DNA of 64,000 nucleotides from a virus: IMG/VR virus record IMGVR_UViG_3300036790_000270, positions 1 through 64,000 of that record. The stretch is one strand, 5' to 3'. The notes under the pieces were generated by a model that ran no database searches, had not been told where the DNA came from, and saw nothing but the letters and a program-made list of their open reading frames with translations. Positions within the stretch are counted from its first letter, which is position 1. Every line of letters begins with the position of its first letter. This document shows, piece after piece, positions 26,068-35,583 of this stretch. Both the position numbers and the translations under genes were made by a program.

Positions 26068-26598
26068 ATGGCCACTGTCAACGACGGCACCAACCCGGGC
26101 CGCAGCCCGCAGCCCGCGCGGCAGTCACCGGGCCGTACGCGCCACGGCCGTGCTGAGGCCGGCCTAGACCCGACTAACGAGCTCGGCCAGGTGCCGGGTG
26201 AGATCTTCGGCTTCTCCCAGACCTACGCGACCGGCGCCCGCGGCTCTTCCGGCAGCGGCTCCGTCCCGGCTGACGTCACCATCCAGAAGGGCCAGCTCGA
26301 CTCGGGCCTGTCCAACGTTGACGGTAGCGAGATCACCTCAACGGGTGCCCCTGGCAGTACGGGCGCGTCTAACCACGGCGGCGGCGAGACGGTCACCTAC
26401 ACCGACTTCTTCGGTTACATGGGCCAGGAGCACCGTGAGTCCTCGACTACCGGCCGCATCGACGGCGACGGCGACTGGACGCAGTTCGGGGAAGGCAGCG
26501 GCTTCAGTGGCCCCACCCTGCCGATCCTGCAGAACGCCCGGCCCACCTCTACCGGTGCCGGCCAGGGTCACGTCCGCGGGGCCGGCCGGGGCGTGTAA
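26068..26598 (+). CDS. Gly/Ser/Thr-rich hypothetical protein
   Basis: AAGGAG RBS; TACACT upstream. Confidence 0.65.
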   Translation: MATVNDGTNPGRSPQPARQSPGRTRHGRAEAGLDPTNELGQVPGEIFGFSQTYATGARGSSGSGSVPADVTIQKGQLDSGLSNVDGSEITSTGAPGSTGASNHGGGETVTYTDFFGYMGQEHRESSTTGRIDGDGDWTQFGEGSGFSGPTLPILQNARPTSTGAGQGHVRGAGRGV

Positions 26599-26783
26599 TG
26601 GCGAAGGACGAGTCGGGCGTGCGGTGGCCGGCGTGGCCTGTCGTCGGCGCCGTGGGCGCGAACGGGAACTACGACCCGGCAGCGGCGCTCCCGCGCGCTT
26701 CTGATTTCACCCTGACCCCGTCCGGGATTGCCGAGCAAGAGGCAGCGGTACCGCAGGAGGCACCCGATGCAGGACCTGAGTGA
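26598..26783 (+). CDS. small hypothetical protein
   Basis: TAATG coupling. Confidence 0.5.
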   Translation: MAKDESGVRWPAWPVVGAVGANGNYDPAAALPRASDFTLTPSGIAEQEAAVPQEAPDAGPE

Positions 26784-27024
26784 GCACGCCCGCGGCAGCC
26801 TCGCCATGAGCAGCAGCATGGCGGGCGGCAACGTCCTGTCGGAGATCCCCAAGTTCGGGTCGCCGGGCAGCCCGTCAGAGCAGACCTCTGACATCCCCTG
26901 GGGTCCCTCGCACAATGACCCTGAGCCGCAGATCGGCGCGCCGTCGGGTGCGCACACTGATACCAAGACGGGCGGCAGCGGCGAGTACCCGCTTTCCCCG
27001 CGAGCCTGGAAGAAGGTGCCGTAA
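26767..27024 (+). CDS. small Gly/Pro/Ser-rich protein
   Basis: AGGAGG RBS before MQDLSEH. Confidence 0.55.
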   Translation: MQDLSEHARGSLAMSSSMAGGNVLSEIPKFGSPGSPSEQTSDIPWGPSHNDPEPQIGAPSGAHTDTKTGGSGEYPLSPRAWKKVP

Positions 27025-27299
27025 TGGCGGCTAGCTGGGGACCAGTTGAGCGCCCTGCGGGGCGAGGCGGCCGGCCGATCGGCGCAGAGGGCACTGTCAC
27101 GCAGCCGTCAGAGGGCAGCCTGGGGGCCGGGCCGCATCACGAGGTCCGCTACGACGCGACCGACGGGCGGCACGGGCGCGAGTCCGGCATGCACCCGTGG
27201 GAGTCGGTTGACCCGATGTCCGGCCCAACCGCGAATACCGACTTCGGCCAGTCAGCCGGCCGGTTCCCCGACGGCCCCGGTGCCTGGCGCCAGACCTGA
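27024..27299 (+). CDS. small Gly/Pro-rich protein
   Basis: TAATG coupling. Confidence 0.55.
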   Translation: MAASWGPVERPAGRGGRPIGAEGTVTQPSEGSLGAGPHHEVRYDATDGRHGRESGMHPWESVDPMSGPTANTDFGQSAGRFPDGPGAWRQT

Positions 27300-27300
27300 C

Positions 27301-27690
27301 GTGACGCGCGTCATCAAGACGGCCATCGTGTTCATCGCGGTGGCCGTCGTTTTCTGCCTGGCCGCCGTGTACGACCGGGTTATCCTGCATTTCCTCGGCT
27401 GGGACGGGCAGACCAGCGACAATTACGCTGCCTGGTCCGGGTCGGTCCCTGCCCTGATCTCCGCGGTCGGGCTGTCTACGCTGATCACCGGCATGTGGTC
27501 ACATGTTAACTGCCATGAGCCGGGCTGCTTCCGGATCGGCAAGCACAAGGTAAGCGGGACGCCCTGGTGCACCGTTCACCATGAGCATGCCCGCCCGGAG
27601 CGCAGTGAGCACGAGATCCTGGCCTCCATCGAGGCGAGCATGACGGAGCTGCTGAGCCTGCTGCGGGCGCAAGCCGGCGAGCCGCATTGA
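27301..27690 (+). CDS. two-TM membrane protein with a C/H motif
   Basis: GTG at 27301; two hydrophobic helices, then CHEPGC...WCTVHH. Confidence 0.6.
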   Translation: MTRVIKTAIVFIAVAVVFCLAAVYDRVILHFLGWDGQTSDNYAAWSGSVPALISAVGLSTLITGMWSHVNCHEPGCFRIGKHKVSGTPWCTVHHEHARPERSEHEILASIEASMTELLSLLRAQAGEPH

Positions 27691-28043
27691 ACGTGCACCA
27701 CAAGCGGATGCTGAAGCTATTCGGGCTGGTGGCTGCGCTGGTGGTGGTTCTCGGCACCGTGTACGGCGAGGTAACCCCGGCTGGCCCGTGGGACGGCATG
27801 TACTTCGCCGTGGTAACCGTGACGACCGTCGGGTACGGCGACATCGTCCCGCACGGCTGGGCCGCGCACCTGGTCGCCCTGGCGATCATGATCCTGATCA
27901 TCCCCGCCTGGGCCAGCGTGTTCTCCCTGCTTACCACCGCTATGCTGGCCAGCCACGTAGACGCGCAGACTCACCGCCAGACTGCCGAGATCAAGGAGCA
28001 CGTCAGTGACACTATGGGCAACGCGCAAGCCGGGCAGCAGTGA
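27687..28043 (+). CDS. KcsA-like two-TM potassium channel
   Basis: TM1, pore helix WDGMYFAVVTVT, selectivity filter TVGYGD-IVP, TM2. Confidence 0.88.
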   Translation: MNVHHKRMLKLFGLVAALVVVLGTVYGEVTPAGPWDGMYFAVVTVTTVGYGDIVPHGWAAHLVALAIMILIIPAWASVFSLLTTAMLASHVDAQTHRQTAEIKEHVSDTMGNAQAGQQ

Positions 28044-28281
28044 CCTCATTACCGTCAGCATGACCTACGGCCCGATTACCGCCGCGGTTGAAGAGAACAG
28101 TGGTCACTTGCTTAGTTTCTGGCATGAGCTCGGCCGCCTGGTTGCCGTGCAGGACAACGAGAAGCGCGCGCAGGCCGGCTGGCAGCGGTACGCAGCGCAT
28201 CACACGGACGGCCCTATGCCTACCTGGGAGGGACTGCACGAGGAAGAACGCCAGCACTGGATTGCCGCGTTCACGGAATAG
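28006..28281 (+). CDS. hypothetical protein
   Basis: AAGGAG RBS; MPTWEGL.EEERQHWIAA motif. Confidence 0.55.
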   Translation: MTLWATRKPGSSDLITVSMTYGPITAAVEENSGHLLSFWHELGRLVAVQDNEKRAQAGWQRYAAHHTDGPMPTWEGLHEEERQHWIAAFTE

Positions 28282-28372
28282 CCCGCCTGGGGGTGGCGCG
28301 GTGGTTAGCTCCAGTCAGCGCTGTTCCCCGACGGGGGTGACTGGAATGCCGTGCTGGGCTAGGCTGTGCCTC

Positions 28373-28789
28373 ATGAATAGTACTAGATGGTTTAACGGGG
28401 TAGTTCCGATGCCTAGCGTGTTGGCGATCACGGCTTACCTGTCTTACGAGTCTTTCACTGTTCAATACGGGAACGGTGAGTTCGGTCTAGCTGACTACTC
28501 GACAGCAGCAGATGTAGACACAGCAGTTGCGACGTTTGTTGAGGATGCGGGATTCCCGTGGATTGCTGTCGGTAGCGCGGGAAATATTCCGGATAACGAC
28601 AACGAAGTAGTTAACTGGACGCTCGCCATCAATCTCGGTAGTTGGGCGCTAACTTCATTGTCGGATAGTGGAGACGGACTAAGGGTTAACGGTAGCGGGA
28701 GTACGCCGGGTTACGCTCCGTGGGATAACTTTGCTGATGCCATGGCCGCGATCCTGTCTATCACGGGAAATTCTGCGTGGCCATCGTAG
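28373..28789 (+). CDS. hypothetical protein with lower GC
   Basis: AT-richer codon usage than its neighbours; start uncertain (28373 or 28409). Confidence 0.5.
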   Translation: MNSTRWFNGVVPMPSVLAITAYLSYESFTVQYGNGEFGLADYSTAADVDTAVATFVEDAGFPWIAVGSAGNIPDNDNEVVNWTLAINLGSWALTSLSDSGDGLRVNGSGSTPGYAPWDNFADAMAAILSITGNSAWPS

Positions 28790-29490
28790 AACCTGTCCAC
28801 TGGTACCATTTCTTCTGCGGTAATGACGTTCTCTCCATGTGGGACGTGCCGCTCACTGAGCACGTCGCTGGCCTGCGCTCCGCTGGCTTTGACGGGAAGT
28901 GCTTGGTCGGTCTTGTCGGTGGTGCGGGGCAACAGGAAGACGCCCGGCGGTGGCTTGCTGCGTACTGGCCGGAAGCTGAAATCGCAGTAACGGCAGAAGA
29001 CGGCTTTGAACAGGTGACCCTAGCCGCACTGCACATGTGGTGTCAGGATGCCGACCCGGAAATACCAGTTTTTTACGGGCACACGAAGGGCGCTTTCTCT
29101 AACCACCCTGTTGCTGCCCCGTGGCGCCGGGCGATGACCGCAGTGTGCGTTGCCCGGTGGCGGGATCGCGTGGCTGACCTGGCGGCCGTTGACGCGGCCG
29201 GGCTGCACTGGCTGACACCGGAGGCATTTCCCGGTTACGTGAGCAGCCCGTTCTTCGGGGGTAACTTCTGGTGGGCGACAGCCGGGTACCTCGCGTCCCT
29301 CGCCCCGGTAGACCCCGGGGACGTTAACCGCTACAGCGCGGAAAGCTGGGTCGGCACCGGGAACCCGGTAGTGCGAGCGCTCAGCACCGCATGGCCGGAG
29401 TACGCGGGCTGCACCTTCCCGCCGGGGCGGCCGTTATGCGTATCCTCGCGTCGCACGACGGCGGCTCAGGGTGCAGCTGGTACCGGATGA
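28777..29490 (+). CDS. putative glycosyltransferase-like protein
   Basis: FEQVTL, YGHTKGA, FFGGNFWWA and AESW motifs seen in phage glycosylation loci. Confidence 0.55.
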   Translation: MAIVEPVHWYHFFCGNDVLSMWDVPLTEHVAGLRSAGFDGKCLVGLVGGAGQQEDARRWLAAYWPEAEIAVTAEDGFEQVTLAALHMWCQDADPEIPVFYGHTKGAFSNHPVAAPWRRAMTAVCVARWRDRVADLAAVDAAGLHWLTPEAFPGYVSSPFFGGNFWWATAGYLASLAPVDPGDVNRYSAESWVGTGNPVVRALSTAWPEYAGCTFPPGRPLCVSSRRTTAAQGAAGTG

Positions 29491-30503
29491 TCATGCCGCT
29501 GACCGCGGTGAACGACCTCGCTGACGGGATCAGCGTTACATTCCGGGCTGGCGGCGGGAAGCTGATGAAAAACCCGCACCCCATGGTGACGGTCGCTGAC
29601 GGTGATAATGCCGACCTGGTTGTCTCCCAGCGGGCCAGTGAGTACCGCGGCCTCGGCCTGTGGCGCCGGTGGGGCAGCTCCCCGGCGCGGCGCACCGTTT
29701 ACGAGAACGACGACGACGTCTTCTCCATCACCCCGGAGAACGATGCTGCCTACGCTTCCTACAAAGAAGGCACCGACGTCCGGGAGGCGACCCTCCGCTA
29801 CTGCCGCACCGCCAACCTGATCACCACCACCAGCCCGCACCTAGGCGACCGGTTCCGGGAAATGTGCCCGCAGGTCCCGGTGGAGGTGCTGCCCAACTAC
29901 ATTCCCCGATGGGTCCTAGACTTGCCGCGAGACCCATTCGACAGGCGGCTCCGGATCGGCTGGGCCGGCGGCTCCTCGCACGCGCGGGACATCCACACCG
30001 CGACGTCGTCGGTCCGCCGGTTCATGACGCGGTTCCCCGGCTGGGACCTGTACCTGAACGGCATCGACTACCGGCGCCAGTTCCGCTGCCCGCCCGAGCG
30101 GTCCTTCCACGTCCCGTGGATACACGTTACCGACGAGCCGCAGCTTTACTACCGGGCTATCGACTTCGACATCGGCATCTGCCCGCTGCTGTCCACCCAG
30201 TTCAGCCGGTCCAAGAGCTGGATTAAGTCACTGGAGTACTTCAGCCGGGGCATTCCCGTCGTGGCCAGCGACGTCGAGCCGTACCGCCGGTTCATCGACC
30301 ACGGTGTCGACGGGTTCCTCTGCAAGACCGACCATGAATGGCTGAAGTACCTGTCCCTGCTGGCGGGCGATGAGGAACTCCGGCTGAAGATGGGCGCCGC
30401 GGCGAAAATGAAGGCTTCCGCTAACGTCATGGAAGACCATGTGCAAGAGTGGGTCAACGCTTACACGATGCTGTTCCCGATCGGCTGGGAGTATAAGGGC
30501 TGA
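29436..30503 (+). CDS. GT-B (GT4-like) glycosyltransferase
   Basis: GCSWYR, YENDDD, IGWAGGSSH, DIGICPL...KSWIKSLEY...GIPVVASDV.PY...DGFL. Confidence 0.85.
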   Translation: MRILASHDGGSGCSWYRMIMPLTAVNDLADGISVTFRAGGGKLMKNPHPMVTVADGDNADLVVSQRASEYRGLGLWRRWGSSPARRTVYENDDDVFSITPENDAAYASYKEGTDVREATLRYCRTANLITTTSPHLGDRFREMCPQVPVEVLPNYIPRWVLDLPRDPFDRRLRIGWAGGSSHARDIHTATSSVRRFMTRFPGWDLYLNGIDYRRQFRCPPERSFHVPWIHVTDEPQLYYRAIDFDIGICPLLSTQFSRSKSWIKSLEYFSRGIPVVASDVEPYRRFIDHGVDGFLCKTDHEWLKYLSLLAGDEELRLKMGAAAKMKASANVMEDHVQEWVNAYTMLFPIGWEYKG

Positions 30504-30506
30504 TGT

Positions 30507-30869
30507 ATGAGCCGAAACTGTTACGTTAGGGGTGCCCTGCCAGCCTGCGAGCAGCAAGGATGCCAGGCTCCGGCGCTAGCCGCGCTGTCACGCCGCCTGT
30601 CTGAGCAGGCGCACACGGTCCTAGAGACGCTAGACAAGAAGGGAACGCAGATGCAGCCGACTAAGGCGCTGTGGTGCGAGCAGAGCGGCCACCCGTTCAG
30701 CGAGAAGGACCCGGACGTTCAGGTGCTTACGATTACCGGCCGTAGCCCGGACGGGGAGACGGTAGAGGAGTCGCGGACCAGCTGCGGGGAGTGCGCCGCT
30801 GTGGCGAAGACCCGGCTCGGCAAGGTACGCAACAGCCAGGTTTCCCAGCTTCCGCCTAGCGACTCGTAA
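30507..30869 (+). CDS. small hypothetical protein
   Basis: ORF fills the gap; the true start may be 30651. Confidence 0.4.
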   Translation: MSRNCYVRGALPACEQQGCQAPALAALSRRLSEQAHTVLETLDKKGTQMQPTKALWCEQSGHPFSEKDPDVQVLTITGRSPDGETVEESRTSCGECAAVAKTRLGKVRNSQVSQLPPSDS

Positions 30870-31832
30870 ATGAAGTACCTGGTAACCGGCGGGGCCGGGT
30901 TCGTCGGCAGCAGCCTGGTGAAGCGGCTCGTTGCCGACGGGCACGAGGTCACCGTCCTCGACGACATGTCCCGGGGCAAGCCTGAGCGGCTAGACGGCGT
31001 TAGCTGTCAGGTTAAGCCAGGCGACATACGCGATTCTTACCTGGTCAAGCGGGCGATGCACGGCTGCGACGCCGTCGTGCACCTTGCCTACCTTCAGGGT
31101 ACGCAGACGTTCTACGCTGAGCCCCGCCAGGTTCTTGACGTCGCCGTGCGCGGAATGCTTACCGTCCTGGACGCGTGCGAGGCCACCGGCTGCGCCGACC
31201 TGCTGCTGGTCTCCTCGTCGGAGGCGTACCAGGTAGCTCCTGTCGTGCCTACTCCCGAGGACATACCGCTGACCGTCCCCGACGTGCTCAATCCCCGCTA
31301 TTCCTACGGCGGCGGCAAGATCGCCTGCGAGCTGATGGCCCTGGCCTGGCAGCGGACTGGGGTCCTCGACCGCCTGGTCATCGCCCGGCCGCACAATATC
31401 TACGGCCCCGACATGGGCCGCGAGCACGTTATCCCCGAGTTCTGCGACCGGATGACCGTATTGAACCGGGAGCAGCCCGAGGGAACTATCCCGTTTCCCG
31501 TTCAGGGCACCGGTCAGGAAACCAGGTCGTTCTGCTATATCGATGACTGTATTGACCAGCTGGCGGTACTTGCCCGCGAAGACTGCTCCGTTGAGGGTGT
31601 CTACCACGTCGGCACCATGGACGAGTGGCGCATCGAGGACGTCGCCGGGCTGATCGCCTGGAATTACGGCCGCGACATTAAGCTCATGCCGGGTACCCTG
31701 CCCAAGGGCTCCCCGCCCCGCCGGCTGCCCGATACTGCTAAGATCCGGTCACTGCGTACCGAGTGGCACCAGACTCCGTTCCGCGAGGGTCTCACCAAGA
31801 CCGTCGAATGGTACCGCGCTAATGAGCGGTGA
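30870..31832 (+). CDS. NAD-dependent NDP-sugar epimerase/dehydratase
   Basis: VTGGAGFVGS, SSSE, YGGGK (YxxxK), RPHNIYGP, TRSFCYIDD. Confidence 0.92.
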   Translation: MKYLVTGGAGFVGSSLVKRLVADGHEVTVLDDMSRGKPERLDGVSCQVKPGDIRDSYLVKRAMHGCDAVVHLAYLQGTQTFYAEPRQVLDVAVRGMLTVLDACEATGCADLLLVSSSEAYQVAPVVPTPEDIPLTVPDVLNPRYSYGGGKIACELMALAWQRTGVLDRLVIARPHNIYGPDMGREHVIPEFCDRMTVLNREQPEGTIPFPVQGTGQETRSFCYIDDCIDQLAVLAREDCSVEGVYHVGTMDEWRIEDVAGLIAWNYGRDIKLMPGTLPKGSPPRRLPDTAKIRSLRTEWHQTPFREGLTKTVEWYRANER

Positions 31833-32946
31833 GACTGACACTTGCGGCGGCTGCGGCACTGCCGGCCTGATCCCGGTTTTTGACATGGGACGCCAGCCTC
31901 TTGCCGAGGGCGCGTCCTCCCGCAGCTACCCCCTGTGCCTGGTCAAGTGCCCGCGCTGCGGCCTTGTCCAGCTTGACTACATCGTCGACCCGGCCGAGGT
32001 ATTCCCGAAGGACCACCCGTACTCGACAGGAAACTCTGCGGCGCTGCGCGAGCATTACGGCCGTCTAGCCCGGGACCTCGCTACAAACCTGTTCACCGAT
32101 GACGTCGTCGTTGACATCGGCGCCAACGACGGGACGCTGCTAGCCTGCTACCCGCCGGGCGGCCTGGTGAAGGTCGCCGTTGAGCCGACGGACCAGGGAA
32201 AGAAGATCCCGGCGGGCATCACCTGGGAGAAGGGCTCCTTCACTGCGAATCTCGCCATAGGTATTCGCGAGGGATACGGCCCGGCCAAGGTGATCACCGC
32301 GATGAACGTTCTCGCGCACGTGCCCGACGTGCACGATTTCCTCGACGGCGTTGCTGAGCTGCTGCACGACGACGGGGTGTTCGTCACTGAGAACCACGAC
32401 CTGTACAGCATCACCGAGGGCCTGCAGATCGACACGATTTACCATGAGCACCTGCGCTACTACACCGTCGGCACTCTCGCTCACCTGCTAGAGCAGCACG
32501 GGCTGCACGTCACCCGCTCAGAGCCGACCCCGATGCACGGCGGGTCGTTCCGCGTTCGGGCGCGCAAGGTCGCCCCTGGTTTCCAGAGGCGGGCCAGGTC
32601 CGCGGCGACCGCGCTGCGCGGCATGCTGTGGCAGCTCGTCGACAAGCACCAGGCTGTCTACGGTATCGGCGCAACCACCCGCGCGACCCCGCTGATCCAT
32701 TACGCCGGCATCAAGGACCTCGTCGACTGCGTTTGCGAGCGGCCAGGTAGCGACAAGATAGGCACGTGCATCCCAGGTACCGCGATCGAGGTAGTCGACG
32801 AGGCCCGGCTCATTACCGACCAGCCGCCGTACGCCCTGCTGTTCGCCTGGCACATCGCTGACGACATCGTTCCGAAGCTGCGCGCGGCCGGGTACAAGGG
32901 GAAGTTCATCGTGCCGCTGCCGAGCCCGGAGGTCCTTGATGACTGA
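31822..32946 (+). CDS. NDP-hexose C-methyltransferase
   Basis: N-terminal zinc-binding CxxC...CPRC, DIGANDG, NVLAHVPD, YHEHLRYY, HGGS, LLFAWH...FIVPLP. Confidence 0.88.
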   Translation: MSGETDTCGGCGTAGLIPVFDMGRQPLAEGASSRSYPLCLVKCPRCGLVQLDYIVDPAEVFPKDHPYSTGNSAALREHYGRLARDLATNLFTDDVVVDIGANDGTLLACYPPGGLVKVAVEPTDQGKKIPAGITWEKGSFTANLAIGIREGYGPAKVITAMNVLAHVPDVHDFLDGVAELLHDDGVFVTENHDLYSITEGLQIDTIYHEHLRYYTVGTLAHLLEQHGLHVTRSEPTPMHGGSFRVRARKVAPGFQRRARSAATALRGMLWQLVDKHQAVYGIGATTRATPLIHYAGIKDLVDCVCERPGSDKIGTCIPGTAIEVVDEARLITDQPPYALLFAWHIADDIVPKLRAAGYKGKFIVPLPSPEVLDD

Positions 32947-33310
32947 GCTAGGCCGCTTCGAGGACGAGCGCGGTGTCATTCAGGACCTGCTAGCCGGCCC
33001 TGTCGATTCCGTCACCGAGATCTTTACGCGGGCCGGGGCCGTCCGTGGTAATCATGTGCATGCTGAGACTGTCCAGTGGACTTACGTTGTCTCCGGCAGG
33101 CTCCGCGTAGTGCATCAGTCGGCGGGCGCTGAGCCGGCTGCTAACGAATGCGGTTCCGGCGAGCTGATCTGCGATCCGATGGGCGTTGCCCACGCCTGGC
33201 AGGCAGTGGAGGACACGACAGTTCTCGTCTTCACGCGGGGCCCGCGCTCGGGGGCGGACTACGAGGACGACGTGCAGCGGCTAGCCCCGGGGGACAGGCT
33301 GATTCCGTGA
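32939..33310 (+). CDS. cupin (NDP-sugar isomerase/epimerase-like)
   Basis: FEDERG, VRGNHVH, AHAW cupin motifs. Confidence 0.8.
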   Translation: MTELGRFEDERGVIQDLLAGPVDSVTEIFTRAGAVRGNHVHAETVQWTYVVSGRLRVVHQSAGAEPAANECGSGELICDPMGVAHAWQAVEDTTVLVFTRGPRSGADYEDDVQRLAPGDRLIP

Positions 33311-34011
33311 GCACTGCCGTTATCATCCCTACCTTCGGCCGCGCGGGCAAGATGGCGGCCGTCACCCGGAACATCCTGGAGGCCAGCCACGCGCCGCTGA
33401 ACGTGTTCTTCGTGGTGGAGCGAGACGACGCGGAGTCTGTAGCGGAAGCCGGGCGGCTATTTGACGAGAACATCGTCAGCGTAGTAAACACCCGGAAGCA
33501 GTCATATGCCGGTGCGGTCAATACCGCCGTCAGTGCGCTGCTAGACCTAGAGTGGGAGTACTTCTTCCTGGGCGCGGACGACCTCGACTTCAAGCCCGGC
33601 TGGGATACCGAGGCCCTGCGGGCAGCTCAAGACGGCGCGCTGGTGATCGGCACTAACGACCTGCATAACCCTTACGTCCTAGCCGGAACTCACGCCACGC
33701 ACGTCCTGGTGCACCGGGATTACGTCACTGACCCGCGTTATGCCTACGACCCGGATATGGCGGGGCAAGTGATGTTCGAGGGTTACGATCACAACTTCGT
33801 CGACACTGAGTTCGTTGACGCGGCCAAGGCAGCTGGTGTCTTTACCCCGTGCATGACCTCCGTAGTGGAGCACCTCCACCCCGACTGGGGCCTGTCCCCG
33901 TGGGATGCCACGTACGCGAAGACCCGTGCGCGTATTCATGATGATCACGGGCTATTCCGGTCTCGCGAGCACTTGTGGACAGCGCACCCGGACGGAAGGC
34001 AGCTGCTGTGA
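33307..34011 (+). CDS. GT2 glycosyltransferase
   Basis: VIIPTFGR, FLGADD (DxD-like), VEHLHP. Confidence 0.85.
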   Translation: MSTAVIIPTFGRAGKMAAVTRNILEASHAPLNVFFVVERDDAESVAEAGRLFDENIVSVVNTRKQSYAGAVNTAVSALLDLEWEYFFLGADDLDFKPGWDTEALRAAQDGALVIGTNDLHNPYVLAGTHATHVLVHRDYVTDPRYAYDPDMAGQVMFEGYDHNFVDTEFVDAAKAAGVFTPCMTSVVEHLHPDWGLSPWDATYAKTRARIHDDHGLFRSREHLWTAHPDGRQLL

Positions 34012-34637
34012 CCATTCCACTCGTCAGCATCATCACCTCGACCTGGCAGCGGAACGAGCGGCTGCTCAACCGGTGCATCCCGTCGGTCCAGGCACAGGCG
34101 TACCCGAAAGTCGAGCACGTCATCGTCTCCGACGGCCCTGACCCGGACCTCGCTGACCAGATTGCCCTCCTGGACAGCCGGCTCGCATTCGCCCACCCGG
34201 TGCACTTCCTCGAACTGCCCGAGCACGACCCGGAGCGGCACTGGGGGCACCATGCGCGGCTGGCGGCCCTCGCGCGTGCCAAGGGTGACCTGATCGGCTA
34301 CTGCGATGACGATGACTCGCTGCGCCCGGACCACATCCGGCTGCTCGCGCAGGCACTGAAAGACGACCCGTCAGCTAGCTGGGCGTACTCCGTCATGGCG
34401 TCCTACAGCCACGCGGGTGTCTGCGAGATCGGTCACGGCGCTCCCGCGGGCGGCCAGATCGGCACACCGGTGATCATGCACCGCCGCGAGGCCCTGCAGC
34501 ACGGCACCTGGGGGCCGGCCTCGCCGATGGAAGACTGGCAGCTGGTGCAGCGCTGGACGGAAGCCGGGCTTACCCACGCGCATATCCAGGATGTCACCGT
34601 TGACGTCTGGCCCTCTGCGTACCATGAGCATTTCTGA
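34008..34637 (+). CDS. GT2 glycosyltransferase
   Basis: VSIITST, VIVSDG, KGDLIGYCDDDD, EDW. Confidence 0.85.
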   Translation: MTIPLVSIITSTWQRNERLLNRCIPSVQAQAYPKVEHVIVSDGPDPDLADQIALLDSRLAFAHPVHFLELPEHDPERHWGHHARLAALARAKGDLIGYCDDDDSLRPDHIRLLAQALKDDPSASWAYSVMASYSHAGVCEIGHGAPAGGQIGTPVIMHRREALQHGTWGPASPMEDWQLVQRWTEAGLTHAHIQDVTVDVWPSAYHEHF

Positions 34638-34992
34638 CCATGGAGCGTGTTGTCCTGCCGGTGTGGCTCGTGCTCATGCTCGGCATGCCCGGGTTCATGA
34701 TCGTGATGCTCGTATCCGGGTACCCGCAGGGACTCGCCATGATCTTCGTCATGGTCATCATGAGCTGGGTAGCAGGGCAGATACTTGAAGACTTGTCCCG
34801 GGGGAATTCCTGAGCCGCGTGGTAGCGTGACCCCATGAGCACGCCTGAGCCACTTGACGAAGAGCAGGCACCCAAGGTAGAGGTCCGTGGCGGCGACCGG
34901 GAAGCCGACTGGAACACGCCGCTGTCGTACCTGCCTGCTTACGAGGATGCCGGTGCCGGCTGCGGTCCGGACTGCGCCTGCCACGAGGATGA

Positions 34993-35583
34993 GTGAGCGG
35001 GCAGGTACGGCAGCGGCGTGACCAGCTGTTCCTTCAGGCTGCCCTCGTAATCCGGCAGGTTCAGCAGGCTGAGCACCGGTGGTTCGCCCAAGGGGACCCG
35101 GCTTCTCCTACGCTGCCCTGGATGCCGTTCCAGCCCGCCGACTTCCTCTCGATCGTCTTCGAGTGCGTCCCGGAGATGAAAGGCGGCCGGTGGTTCATTG
35201 ACGTCGGGTGCGGGCCCGGTACCAAGATGCAGCTTGCCCGGCAGTTCTTCGGGCTTGAGGCCGAGGGCATCGAGATCGACCGGCCGATGGCGGAAGCGGC
35301 GGCTGCCTACGGCACTGTCTTCGCGGCTGACGCCCTGGACACGCCTCCCGGTTTCTATGCCGAGTACGACCTGGTCTGGCTGTACCGGCCGTTCCGTGAC
35401 GTGCAGCTGGAAGAGAAGCTTGAGTCCCGCGTCATGAACGAGATGAAGCCCGGCGCGATCCTGGCCGGCGGCAGCTGGGAGCACTGCCCGGCGGAGTACG
35501 GCTGGATACCCGTCATGGACGACTGGGAGCTGCGCCGCGGCGCCTGGATGAAGCCACGCCCGGTTGCTGACCTAGTGCTGTGA
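34993..35583 (+). CDS. class I SAM-dependent methyltransferase
   Basis: FIDVGCGPG motif I, GIEID, MKPGAIL. Confidence 0.8.
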   Translation: MSGQVRQRRDQLFLQAALVIRQVQQAEHRWFAQGDPASPTLPWMPFQPADFLSIVFECVPEMKGGRWFIDVGCGPGTKMQLARQFFGLEAEGIEIDRPMAEAAAAYGTVFAADALDTPPGFYAEYDLVWLYRPFRDVQLEEKLESRVMNEMKPGAILAGGSWEHCPAEYGWIPVMDDWELRRGAWMKPRPVADLVL

